Below, piece after piece: positions 23,501 to 35,201 of a stretch of DNA of 64,000 bases (position 1 is the stretch's first letter; each line of letters begins with the position of its first letter). This DNA comes from an uncultured Planctomycetaceae bacterium (lineage in GTDB: Bacteria; Planctomycetota; Planctomycetia; Pirellulales; PALSA-1355), in contig CAWAUV010000009.1 of NCBI GenBank assembly GCA_963785305.1, positions 192,001 through 256,000 on the forward strand, written 5' to 3'. The notes beneath the pieces are model-generated. The model was not told the DNA's origin, did no database searches, and saw only the letters and a program-made list of their open reading frames with translations. Position numbers and translations under genes: made by a program.

Positions 23501-23588
23501 CCGCTGACGAACAAGCTGCGGATCGTCTTGAAATACCTCGTTGCGCAGCACGCCAGCGGCGTCGACAAGCACACCGTTGGCCCCGCTC
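20535..23588. repeat. Direct repeat of about 1.3 kb (20535-21839 and 22283-23588)
   Basis: Offset 1748/1749 nt. Translations in several frames are identical. The only difference noticed is a 1-nt indel near 21445/23193. Confidence 0.95.
20557..22024 (-). CDS. DUF1598 domain secreted protein, copy 1 (Gly-rich linker; indel near 21445)
   Basis: GVLVDAAGVL, RKVSLNRLE, LAGLTRLNYVFYYPETKDIVLAGPAE, VSIDP, HFAQVLIEADYRMKLIG, RWWFVP and C-terminal QWWWD. Confidence 0.85.
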
Positions 23589-23698
23589 CCGCCGGCGCAA
23601 CCGCGCGATTCCAAGACGAATGGCGCCGATGGCGCCGTCAGGAGCGACAGCGCGATGAATCCGAAATACGCGACAAGTGAAAGCGATCGCCAAGACAT
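22305..23698 (-). CDS. DUF1598 domain secreted protein, copy 2 (short linker; indel near 23193)
   Basis: Body identical to copy 1, with its own N-terminus MSWRSLSLVAYFGFIALSLLTAPS. Confidence 0.85.
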
Positions 23699-24039
23699 GA
23701 CATGATCCAAGAAGTGGCGCGATAATGAAAAAGCCGAATACGCTTCCACCTGCCGCGCATAACGGCAAGGCCGGAATAACGACAGGTGGAAGCGATGGTT
23801 TGCGAATTATGGGGGCAACGACAAACGCGCACTCTTTTGACTCTAATTGCCATCTCGCGGCAGTACAATGCGTGACAATGCGCATTCTAGGCAATATGGC
23901 CAACAAGGGCCTATCCGAGAACTTCCGCGTTCTCTCGCCCCATCCTCTCCTAAACGGCGAGAGGGGGAGTTGTCGGACAGGCTCGATACGGGAACCCGCG
24001 GCGGCCAAAGGCGGCGATTTCGACGCCGATTACCGCGTT

Positions 24040-27000
24040 TTATCGCCCAGCAAAGGCTTTGGCCGGCCGGCTCTTGGGCGCGGCCGACTTCGGCGGAGCG
24101 CTCAGCAGGCGCACATTGCCGCTGCCCACGAGCGCCTCGACCCGGGAACGCAGCTCCGCCGATATCTCGACCCGCGGCTGGTCCAGCTTGAATAGCACCC
24201 TGGCGCCGTCGGCGAGCAACACCTGGAACTGCACTTCGCAGGAGCCGGGATAACCGCGCAAAATTTCGCGCAGGCGAAGCACATCGTCGCGCACGTGCTC
24301 ACTCTCGCTGAGCCGAATGAAGATTCCGCGGGTGAATCGGCTGGCGGCTTCTTCCAAGGGGATCAGTTCGTTGACGATAAAGTTCGTCTCCTCGCTGCCC
24401 GGCCGGCGATCGACCACGCCGCGGGCCAGCACCACCGCGTCGGCCTTCACCAAGTGGCCATGGTTGGCGAACTCCTCGGGCCAGAGAATGCACCGCATCA
24501 GTCCTGCCATGTCTTCGAGGTCGAACATGGCATATTTGGTATGCGTGGCGTCGGGGCGGGGGCGTTTGGTTTGCGAGAACTTGATCGCGGCCAGCATGCC
24601 GCCGAGCGTGACTTCCGAGCGATGCGGCAGCTTGGCGAGCGCTGCCGAATCATGCGAACAGTAGGTCTTGAGCGCCGCTTCGAACTCCGCCAGCGGATGG
24701 CTCGACAGATAAAAACCGAGCACCTCCTTTTCGCCGCCCAGAAGTTGCCGCTGATCCCATTCCGGTATATTGGGCAGGCTGACTTGCTGGGCAGCGCTCG
24801 AACCATCTTCTTCCTCGGCGTCGAACAGGCCCTTTTGACCGCTGCGCCGGTCGGCATGCACCGCCGCGCCGGATTGCATCGCCCGTTCGACCACGGCGGC
24901 TAGCTGCGATCGCTTCACTTTGAGGGAATCGAAGGCGCCGGCCTTGATCAGGGTGTCGATCGTGGCCCGGCTCACGCTGGCGGAATCGACGCGTTCGCAA
25001 AAGTCGAACAGCGAGCGAAACGGCCCACCCGACGCGCGAGCCGCCGCGACGCGCACCGCGGCCGACTCGCCGCAGCCCTTGATCGCGCAGAGTCCGATTT
25101 GAATCTTGCCCTCGAACACGGTGAAGTCGCCCTCGGCCCGATTCACATCGGGCGGGAGCACTTCGACATTCATGCGGCGACAATCGTCGAGATGCTCGAC
25201 CAGTGAATCTTTCTTCTTGAAGTTGCGCGCGTCGATGTCGCCCGAAAGCAGGGCCGCCATGAACTCGACCGGATAATGGGCCTTGAGGTAGGCCGTCATA
25301 TAGGCGATCAGGGCGTAGGCGGTCGAGTGGCTTTTGTTGAAGCCATAGCCGGCGAACTTTTCGATCATTTCGAAGAGCTCGACCGCCTCGGCGCGAGGCA
25401 GGCCCTTGTCGGTGGCGCCGGCAATGAATTCTTCCTTGAATTTGGCGATCGTTTCGAGCTTCTTCTTGCTGATCGCCTTGATGCAGGTATAGGCGCTCGA
25501 GAGTTCGATGCCGCCCAGGCGATTCAAGATTCGCATCACCTGTTCCTGGTAGACCATCACCCCGTGGGTCTCTTCCAGGACTTCTTTCATCACCGGATGC
25601 GGATACTTCGCCGGCTTGCGGCCATGTTTGACTTGCACATAGTCCTCGACCATGCCGCCCTCGAGCGGACCGGGTCGATAGAGCGCGTTGGTGGCGATGA
25701 TATCGCGAAAATGGTCGGGCTTCATCTTTTGGAGCAGGTCGCGAATGCCGCCGCTCTCGAGCTGGAAAATGCCCTTGGTTTCGCCGCGACAGAGCAGCGC
25801 GAACGTGGCTTTGTCGTCCATCGGAAACTTGTGTGGATCCAGCCGCTGGCCGGTGGTTTGCTCGATGAGATCGACCGCCTTGGCGAGAATCGTGAGATTC
25901 CGCAGGCCGAGAAAGTCCATCTTCAATAGGCCGGCCGCTTCGACATCGGCCATCGCCCACTGGGTGATGACTTCCTCTTTGTTCGCCACCCTCCCGAGCG
26001 GCACATATTCGTCGAGCGGCCGATCGGCGATCACCACCGCCGCGGCATGGGTGCCGACATTGCGGGCAAGGCCCTCGATCTTCATCGCCAGATCGACGAC
26101 TTCGCGCACCTGCGGATCGTTTTCATAGAGCCGCTTCATATCGGCGCTGGTGGCGAGCGACTTCTCGAGCGAGATGTTCAGTTCGCCCGGCACCGTGGCC
26201 ACGATCGCATCGACTTGCGAGATCGGCAGCCCGAGCGCACGACCGACGTCGCGGATCGCGGCCCTCGCGGCGAGCGTGCCGAAGGTGCCGATCTGGGCGA
26301 CATTGGCTTCGCCGTATTTCGCCTTGACATAGTTGATGATCTCGCCGCGGCGATCCTTGCAAAAGTCGATATCGATATCGGGCGCCTCGCGCCGGTTCTC
26401 ATCGAGAAACCGCTCGAAGAGCAGGTCGTATTGCAGCGGGCACACATGGCTTAAATACAGCGCATAACAGACCAGCGAGCCGACGCCCGAGCCGCGCACC
26501 GTGGCCGGAATACCTCGATCGCGCGCCTCGCGCACGAAGTCCCACACAATCAGAAAATAGTTCGGGAAACCGAGCTTCTCGATCACGGTCAGCTCGCGCT
26601 CGAGCCGCTCGAGCACCGCCGCGCTTAGTTCGCCGTCGGGCATGCGTTCGGCGTCGCCGGCATAGCGCTCGCGCAGGCCGGCCAAGCACAGCTCGCGGAG
26701 ATAATCGCGAGCCGTTTTTTCAGGCGGAAGTTGATACGTGGGAAAATGCCGCTTGCCGAGTTCGAGCTCGATGTTCACCGAGTCGGCGATCTTTTGGCTT
26801 TGGGCCAACGCCTCCTCGAAGCCGGGAAACGCCGCGTGCATCTCGGCCGGGCCGCGGAGATAGAATTGATCGCCCTCCATGCGCATCCGCTGCTTATCGG
26901 CCCGAAACTTGCCGGTGTTGATGCACAGGAGCACATCTTGCGCTTCGGCGTCGGTCTGGCGCACATAATGGGCATCGCTCGTGCATACCAGCGGCACTCC

Positions 27001-27612
27001 CACTTGGCGAGCCACCTCCACGGCGCCTTCCATGGCCAGACGCTGGATTTCGAGGCCGTTGTTCTGAATCTCGATGAAATACCGCTCGCCGAAGGTTTTT
27101 TGAAACCAGCCGGCCACCTCGCGCGCCTGCCGCCAGCCTTCCTCGGGCGAGGCGCCGGCGAGCAGCGCCCGGCTGAACTCGCCCGACACGCAGCCGCTGA
27201 GGCAAACGATCCCCTCGTTGTGGGCGGCGAGCAATTCCTTGTCGATGCGCGGTTTGAAGTAAAAACCTTCGAGAAAGGCCGACGAGGCCATTTTCACCAG
27301 GTTTTTGAAACCGGTGCGATTCGTCGCCAGGAGCGTGAGATGAAACGTGGCGTCTTTCATCACGCCGCTGTCCTTGCGAAAGCGGCTTCCGGGCGCGATA
27401 TACGCTTCGTAGCCGAGAATCGGATTGATTCCGGCGGCCTTGGCTTTTTTGTAGAATTCGAGCGCACCATAGAGATTGCCGTGGTCGGTGAGCGCGAGAG
27501 CGTTCATGCCGAGCGTTTTCGCCCGGTCCACCAAGTCTTCGATCGGGCTCGCGCCGTCGAGTAGGCTGTAGTGGCTATGGCAATGCAAATGCACAAACGG
27601 CGGAACGCTCAT
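24040..27612 (-). CDS. dnaE: DNA polymerase III alpha subunit
   Basis: PHP domain (FVHLHCHSHYSLLDGA, TDHGN), RGSGVGS, PDIDIDF, GLLKMDFLGL, YGFNKSH and an OB-fold C-terminus. About 1190 aa, uninterrupted. Confidence 0.98.
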   Translation of the reverse strand: MSVPPFVHLHCHSHYSLLDGASPIEDLVDRAKTLGMNALALTDHGNLYGALEFYKKAKAAGINPILGYEAYIAPGSRFRKDSGVMKDATFHLTLLATNRTGFKNLVKMASSAFLEGFYFKPRIDKELLAAHNEGIVCLSGCVSGEFSRALLAGASPEEGWRQAREVAGWFQKTFGERYFIEIQNNGLEIQRLAMEGAVEVARQVGVPLVCTSDAHYVRQTDAEAQDVLLCINTGKFRADKQRMRMEGDQFYLRGPAEMHAAFPGFEEALAQSQKIADSVNIELELGKRHFPTYQLPPEKTARDYLRELCLAGLRERYAGDAERMPDGELSAAVLERLERELTVIEKLGFPNYFLIVWDFVREARDRGIPATVRGSGVGSLVCYALYLSHVCPLQYDLLFERFLDENRREAPDIDIDFCKDRRGEIINYVKAKYGEANVAQIGTFGTLAARAAIRDVGRALGLPISQVDAIVATVPGELNISLEKSLATSADMKRLYENDPQVREVVDLAMKIEGLARNVGTHAAAVVIADRPLDEYVPLGRVANKEEVITQWAMADVEAAGLLKMDFLGLRNLTILAKAVDLIEQTTGQRLDPHKFPMDDKATFALLCRGETKGIFQLESGGIRDLLQKMKPDHFRDIIATNALYRPGPLEGGMVEDYVQVKHGRKPAKYPHPVMKEVLEETHGVMVYQEQVMRILNRLGGIELSSAYTCIKAISKKKLETIAKFKEEFIAGATDKGLPRAEAVELFEMIEKFAGYGFNKSHSTAYALIAYMTAYLKAHYPVEFMAALLSGDIDARNFKKKDSLVEHLDDCRRMNVEVLPPDVNRAEGDFTVFEGKIQIGLCAIKGCGESAAVRVAAARASGGPFRSLFDFCERVDSASVSRATIDTLIKAGAFDSLKVKRSQLAAVVERAMQSGAAVHADRRSGQKGLFDAEEEDGSSAAQQVSLPNIPEWDQRQLLGGEKEVLGFYLSSHPLAEFEAALKTYCSHDSAALAKLPHRSEVTLGGMLAAIKFSQTKRPRPDATHTKYAMFDLEDMAGLMRCILWPEEFANHGHLVKADAVVLARGVVDRRPGSEETNFIVNELIPLEEAASRFTRGIFIRLSESEHVRDDVLRLREILRGYPGSCEVQFQVLLADGARVLFKLDQPRVEISAELRSRVEALVGSGNVRLLSAPPKSAAPKSRPAKAFAGR

Positions 27613-27884
27613 GGGACTCCTTCCGAGACAGGCGGTTTGACTCGCGGGACGACCGCGAAAGACGCATTCTAACCGTTTGGAACAACGCGACCAAACGGCC
27701 CCGCCCGAGGCGCGGTGTTTCGCGGCGGAATCCCGCGAGAAACCCGCGTTGTGTGCGGATTGCCGCATTCGATCCCAATTGCGGCTTATCCCCTTCCTCT
27801 GACTTTCCGAATTCGGCAATAAAGAGGGTCGCGTAAAGGTTACATCTTCGTCATGGTATCGCGGCTTGTTAGGATATCGCGGGC

Positions 27885-28531
27885 ATGCACGAGTCTGCCG
27901 TCGAATTCGTTCTCTTCGTCGTGGGCGGCATCGCCGACACGATGGGGCCGCTGAATCAAATGATCGCGGCCAGCCCGCTGCGCACCCATCGCTTTGCCCA
28001 TGGGTCGACCTTCATGCAGTTTCTCGCCGCGGACTACGATCCGAACTCCGACGCGTGCGTGCTGCTGGACCACAATGTCGACGATATTTCGAGTGTCGAA
28101 TTGATCGGCGCTTTGGGCAACACCCGTCCACTGCTGCCGGTGATCGTGGTAGCGCGAGGCCAATGTCGGCAGCGCGGTTCGGGTGATGCAGGCCGGCGCC
28201 GACGATTTTTTCGAATGGCCGGTCGATCCCTTCGCGCTCCAGTCGGCGATTCGCTCGGCGGTCGATCGTAGCCGACGGTGTCGGGAAGTGGCGACCCGGC
28301 GCACGAACGTGATCGCGCTGGAAACGATTGAGCAAAGGCGAAAAATCGGTCGCGCGCATGGTGTGCGAGGGCAAGCTCAGCCGCGAGATCGAGACCGCGC
28401 TCGGGCTGGGGCGAAGAACCATCGAAAATCGCAGGGCCAGCGTCATGGCCAAGATGGGCGTGTTAAATGTCGCCCAGCTTGTGCGACGCATCCACGAAGT
28501 CGGTCCGTACTTGCCGCTCGACGACGAATGA
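27885..28531 (+). CDS. FixJ/LuxR-type response regulator with an atypical receiver domain (two frameshifts)
   Basis: ACVLLD, LPVIVV and AVRVMQAGADDF, followed by the LuxR HTH LSKGEKSVARMVCEGKLSREI...RTIENRRASVMAKMG. Confidence 0.75.
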
Positions 28532-28913
28532 CCGGCTTGGGGCGACGCCCGGCGGGCGATTCCCGGCGGGATTTCGATTGACAAAGCTTTTCTTCGCCCT
28601 CGCGGCCGAGTATTCTAAAGGCGATCCTCCGAACCGTCGGTCGCCGCAGTGTCTCGCGGCCGGCGATTCAAGGGTGATTCCGCGTCGGACGGGGCCCGCG
28701 ATTTTTGGGGCCTCGGAATATCCTCGCGATCGTGCATTCCTTCTGTTGGTCGTTGCACCGGCTCCTTGCCTTTGATTTCCTGGCTGATGTTTGCTCGCCG
28801 CCGCGCGCTTCTCCGGCTCGCGACGCGATTTTGCGCACGGCTCGGCATTGCCGCGCGCCATGAAGCTCGCTGCCCCCCGCCCCAAAAAGTTCCGGTTGTC
28901 AGGTAATACGACC

Positions 28914-31297
28914 ATGCCGAACGCAAGCGCGAACTCTCGCGGAGCCCAGTTCCCTTTCGCGCCGAGGGCAACGCTCCTGGCCGCCCTCTTGTTTGCTTTC
29001 GCGCTCGCCCTGCTCGACACCGTTTCCAATCGCCCAGCCGCCGCCGCCGAGCCCGCGTTTAAAACCGGCTCGTGGCCGCTCTTGCCGCTCGCGCGGCCCG
29101 CCGTGCCGACGCCACGGCCGACCGCGGGCCTCGCGAATGGTTCTTTTGCGATCTCGCCCGATCGCGCGGCCGCGACCGCGCCGAGACGAGTTGGACCGGC
29201 AACCCGATCGACGCGTTCGTGCTCGACCTGCTCCAGCGAAAAGGTCTGCGGCTTAATGCGCCGGCGGATAAGCAAACCTTGCTGCGGCGGGTGACCTTCG
29301 ACCTCGTGGGCCTGCCGCCAACGCCCGCCGAACAAGCGGCGTTTCTCGGCGACATGACCAGCAACGCGTATCGCGCCGTGGTCGACCGCTTGCTCGCTTC
29401 GCCGCGCTATGGCGAACGCTGGTCGCAACATTGGCTCGACTTGGTGCGCTACGCCGAAACCGCCGGCTACAAGAAAGACGACATCCGGCCCAACGCTTAC
29501 AAATATCGCGATTATGTGATCAACGCTTTCAACGACGACCTGCCCTACGACGAATTCCTCGCCCAGCAATTGGCGGGCGACGAACTCGAGCCCGACAATC
29601 CCGCCGCGCTCGTCGCCACCGGTCTGAATCGCCTATATCCCGAGGAGACCAACGCCTCGAATTTCGTGCAGGCCCGGCAGACGATTCTCGACGACATGAC
29701 CGAAGTGACCGGCCTCGCATTCATGGGGCTCACGATCGGTTGCGCCCGTTGCCACGATCACAAGTTCGACCCGATCTTGCAAACCGATTTTTACCGGCTG
29801 CAAGCGTTCTTTTCGCCGATTCTCCCAAACGACGATGTCGCCGCGGCGCCCCGCTCGAGCTCAAGCAGTATGAAACTCGGCTCGACCGATGGGAGGCCGC
29901 CACGGCCGATATTCGCCAAGAGCTCGACAAACTGCTCGACCCCGAACGAAAGGAGGCGGTCGAGGCGGCAGTCGAGGCCTGCGATCCGGCCACGCAGCTT
30001 GCGGTGGAGACTCCGCCGGAAAAACGAACGTCGCTCCAAATGCAATTGGCCGAGCTTGCCGATGTGATCGTGCAGCGGAAGCTCCGCCGCATTGAAGACG
30101 AACTCGACGCCGACCAAAAGCGCCGCTATGGCGAGCTCACCGCCCGACTGGCGACGTTCGACTCGCTACGACCCGCCGAGCCGCCCATGGCGATGGCCGT
30201 GACCGACACCGGGCTCCAGCCTCCGCCGACCTATTGTCTGGCCGCCGGCGATTATTCCAAGCCGATGGAGGAAGTGCGGCCCGGCTTTCCCGAGTGCCTC
30301 GACGCCAGCGAGCCGCGGATCGAAACTCCCGCGGCGGCCCCGCATTCGACCGGTCGCCGCTCGGCGCTCGCGGCGCTGGCTCAGCCGGCCCGATCATCCG
30401 CTCACGGCCCGGGTGATGATGAATCGAGTTTGGGGCCGGCATTTTGGCGCCGGGATCGTGGCCACGGAAAATGATTTCGGCGCCATGGGCGCCGCGCCCT
30501 CGCACGAGAAGCTACTCGACTGGCTGGCGGCCGAGTTCGTTTCGCGGGGTTGGAAGTTGAAGGCGATGCAGAGACTGATCGTCACTTCAAGCGTCTATTG
30601 CCAATCCTCGGCGATCGACTTGCGAAACCCGGCCAATGCCGAGGCGCTGGCGGCCGATCCCGAAGACAAATTGCTGTGGCATTTTCCCCGCCATCGGCTC
30701 GATGGCGAGGCGATTCGCGATGCCGCGCTCGCGATTGCCGGGCAGTTGAACTTGCGCATGTTTGGCCCAAGCGCCAAGCCGGTATTGCCCGAAGCGCTGC
30801 GTGGCAGCCGCTATGCCTGGGAACCCGACTCGGCGCCCGAGGATCGCAACCGGCGCTCGATCTATGTATTTGCGCGGCGCAACATCCGCGATCCGCTGCT
30901 GGCGGCGTTTGACCCGGCCGATCTACACAACAGTTGCTCCCGCCGCACATCGACCACCACGGCCCCGCAAGCGCTCACGCTGCTCAACGGCGAATTGCTC
31001 CTCGAGCAAGCCCGGCGCTGGAGCGGGGAACTTCTGAGCCAATTTCCCACGGCCGACGCCGCGCTGGTCGAAGCGGCCTATCGGGCCGCGTATGCTCGGT
31101 CCGCCTCGGACGATGAAATCACCGCGGCGCAAGCATTCCTCGGCGAACAAGCCTCCCGCATCGCCGCCGCGGGCGCCATGGCGCCGCGACTTTTGCCCGA
31201 CCCGGCCCCGGCCTGTCTCGCCCCCGCCGACGCGGCGGCGGTGGTCGACATGTGCCACGCGATTTTGAATTCCTCGGAGTTTTTATTCGTCGACTGA
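28914..31297 (+). CDS. DUF1549/DUF1553 (PSCyt2/PSD1) planctomycete protein, several frameshifts
   Basis: NPIDAFV, LLRRVTFDLVGLPPT, YGERWSQHWLDLVRYAET, CARCHDHKFDPI, NRVWGRHFG, PSHEKLLDWLA, RRSIY, QALTLLN and EFLFVD. Confidence 0.92.
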
Positions 31298-31328
31298 TGG
31301 TGGCCCGTTGCCGGAAGACGAGGATATA

Positions 31329-32189
31329 TAGCCACGGAAAAACACGGAAATGGATCGATGCCGCGGCCAGACCGATAATTTGTCCCCTGTTGCGTGAATA
31401 CTCCTTTCCTACTTCCGTGTCCTTTTCCGTGTTCATCCGTGGCTAAAAAACTCCTCTGCCCAGCGAGGCGTATCGATTGGCGAGCGGAACAAAGAACGGC
31501 GGAGCGGCCACGGAAGAACACTGAAAAACACGGAAATGAATCGATGCCGCGGCCAGACCGATAATTTGTCCCCTGTTGCGTGAATTCTCCTTTCCTACTT
31601 CCGTGTCCTTTTCCGTGTTCATCCGTGGCTAAAAAACTCCTCTGCCCAGCGAGGCGTATCGATTGGCGAGCGGAACAAAGAACGGCGGAGCGGCCACGGA
31701 AGAACACTGAAAAACACGGAAATGGATTGATGCCGCGGCCAGACCGATAATTTGTCCCCTGTTGCGTGAATTCTCCTTTCCTACTTCCGTGTCCTTTTCC
31801 GTGTTCATCCGTGGCTAAAAAACTCCTCTGCCCAGCGAGGCGTATCGATTGGCGAGCGGAACAAAGAACGGCGGAGCGGCCACGGAAGAACACTGAAAAA
31901 CACGGAAATGGATTGATGCCGCGGCCAGACCGATAATTTGTCCCCTGTTGCGTGAATACTCCTTTCCTACTTCCGTGTCCTTTTCCGTGTTCATCCGTGG
32001 CTAAAAAACTCCTCTGCCCAGCGAGGCGTATCGATTGGCGAGCGGAACAAAGAACGGCGGAGCGGCCACGGAAGAACACGGAAGAACACGGAAATGGATC
32101 GATGCCGCGGCCAGACCGATAATTTGTCCCCTGTTGCGTGAATACTTCCTTCCTGCTTCCGTGGCCATTTCCAGGTTCAACCGTGGCTA
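31329..32189. repeat. Tandem array (period 186 bp, about 4.7 units) of palindromic REP/MITE-like elements
   Basis: GCCACGG starts at 31331, 31507, 31693, 31879 and 32065. Each unit has a left arm GCCACGGAAGAACACTGAAAAACACGGAA and a right arm TTCCGTGTCCTTTTCCGTGTTCATCCGTGGC, an imperfect inverted repeat. The spacers are identical. Confidence 0.95.
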
Positions 32190-32200
32190 AAGAATCTTGC

Positions 32201-33639
<1,439 letters not shown>

Positions 33640-33699
33640 CGGCGCTATCGGCGCCGCGAGCAAGGCCCTTTTCGTTCGGCCCATGCCGCAGGCCGTCGT

Positions 33700-34791
33700 T
33701 CAAACCGCCAGGGCCGGTGGTGGGTCGTCGATCAGTTGGTAGAACACATTGCGGCGGCGGGGTTCGTAGCCGAGTTCTTGGATCGCGCCGCGCATTTCCT
33801 CGAGCGTGAGATAATGCACCGTGCCGGCGGCGGCCACCACGTTTTCCTCGATCATCAGGCTGCCCATGTCATTGGCCCCATAGACCAGCGCGATCTGCCC
33901 GATTTTGAGCCCTTGGGTCACCCAGCTTGATTGGATATTGGGGATGTTGTCGAGGTACAACCGGCTCACGGCTTGGGTCTTGAGATATTCGAACGATCCG
34001 GCCGCCGGGGCCGAGGCCATTTCGTAGCCCGGCTGCATTGTCCAGCAAATGAAGGCCGTGAACCCGCGCGTTTCGTCTTGCAACTGGCGCAAGCGGTCGA
34101 GATGTTCGATCCGCTCGGCCAGGGTTTCGATATGGCCGAACATCATCGTGGCGCTGCCGATGCCGCCCAGCTCGTGCCACACCCGGCACACATCGAGCCA
34201 ATCGTCGGTGAGCACCTTGCCGCGCGTAAGCTGGCGGCGAACCCGGTCGACGAGAATCTCGGCCCCGCCGCCCGGCAAGCTGCCCAGGCCGGCCGCCTTG
34301 AGCCGCTCGAGCACGGCGCGGAGCGGGAGCTTCGAGATCTTGGTGAAGTGATAAATCTCGGGCGGGCTGAAGCCATGAATGTTCACGCCCGGAAAATGCC
34401 GCTTGATGTCGTGGAGCAGTTCTTCGTACCACTCGAGCGGCAATGTCGGGTGGAGGCCGCCTTGCATGAGAATCTGATCGCCGCCCAGGGCCACGGTCTC
34501 CTCGATTTTCTTGAGCAACTCGGCCCGATCAAGCAGGTAGCCTTCGGTGTCTTTCGGCTTGCGAAAGAAGGCGCAGAAGTCGCACACGGCGGTGCAGACA
34601 TTCGTGTAGTTGATGTTGCGGTCGATGTTGTAAGTGCGATAGGGCTCGGGATGCAGGCGCCGGGTCACGGCGTCGGCGGCGCGGCCGAGCGCGGCCAGTT
34701 CATGCGATTCGAGCAGCCGGAGTCCCTCGGCCGGGGAGATGCGCTCGCCAGCCACGCTTTTGTCCAAAATTCGAGCGACTTCGCGATCCAC
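33700..34791 (-). CDS. mqnC: Dehypoxanthine futalosine cyclase (radical SAM, futalosine menaquinone pathway)
   Basis: DRNINYTNVCTAVCDFCAF (CxxxCxxC), LMQGGLHP, PGGGAEIL, IQSSWVTQG and GANDMGSLMIEENVV. Start uncertain (GTG 34791 or TTG 34854). Confidence 0.92.
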   Translation of the reverse strand: MDREVARILDKSVAGERISPAEGLRLLESHELAALGRAADAVTRRLHPEPYRTYNIDRNINYTNVCTAVCDFCAFFRKPKDTEGYLLDRAELLKKIEETVALGGDQILMQGGLHPTLPLEWYEELLHDIKRHFPGVNIHGFSPPEIYHFTKISKLPLRAVLERLKAAGLGSLPGGGAEILVDRVRRQLTRGKVLTDDWLDVCRVWHELGGIGSATMMFGHIETLAERIEHLDRLRQLQDETRGFTAFICWTMQPGYEMASAPAAGSFEYLKTQAVSRLYLDNIPNIQSSWVTQGLKIGQIALVYGANDMGSLMIEENVVAAAGTVHYLTLEEMRGAIQELGYEPRRRNVFYQLIDDPPPALAV

Positions 34792-35201
34792 GGGCGGTAA
34801 TTCTCCGGCAGTGCTGTCGAGGTTTATGCGGGGGGTGATACGACGACGGGCCAAAAACGGCGATAATCAACGTTATCTTTGTGCCCGCGCGGGGGGCGGT
34901 TCGTCAAGAGCGCCGAGTGGGGGGACACGCACGCGTCACGAAGGAAAAACCGGACACGACGGCGCGAACTTAACAGCTCGACGGTTGTCATTCGCGTGTG
35001 GCGCCGGGCGAAACAGCGGAAAGCGAAAGCGAGGAGCGCAAGCCACGCTGCGGCTGCCCGCCGAGCGCGCCGATGCTGATATGGCCTCGTTCCCTGGGCC
35101 TGCCTATAATGCGATTCCCCGGAAGGAACCTGTCTCGCGAAAGCCCCAGCCGCTGTTTCCCCCCATTGGCTGATCGCGGACCTTGCCTCGATGCGAACGT
35201 A

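Noticed and set aside
20535..23588. Diversity-generating retroelement template/variable repeat pair
   Set aside because: There is no reverse transcriptase in the window, no adenine-specific mismatches were seen, and the repeat is far longer than a TR/VR.
24040..27612. Intein or split dnaE
   Set aside because: The length is normal (about 1190 aa) and the motifs are contiguous, with no insertion.
31329..32189. CRISPR array
   Set aside because: The units are 186 bp with identical intervening sequence. There are no unique spacers and no cas genes in the window.
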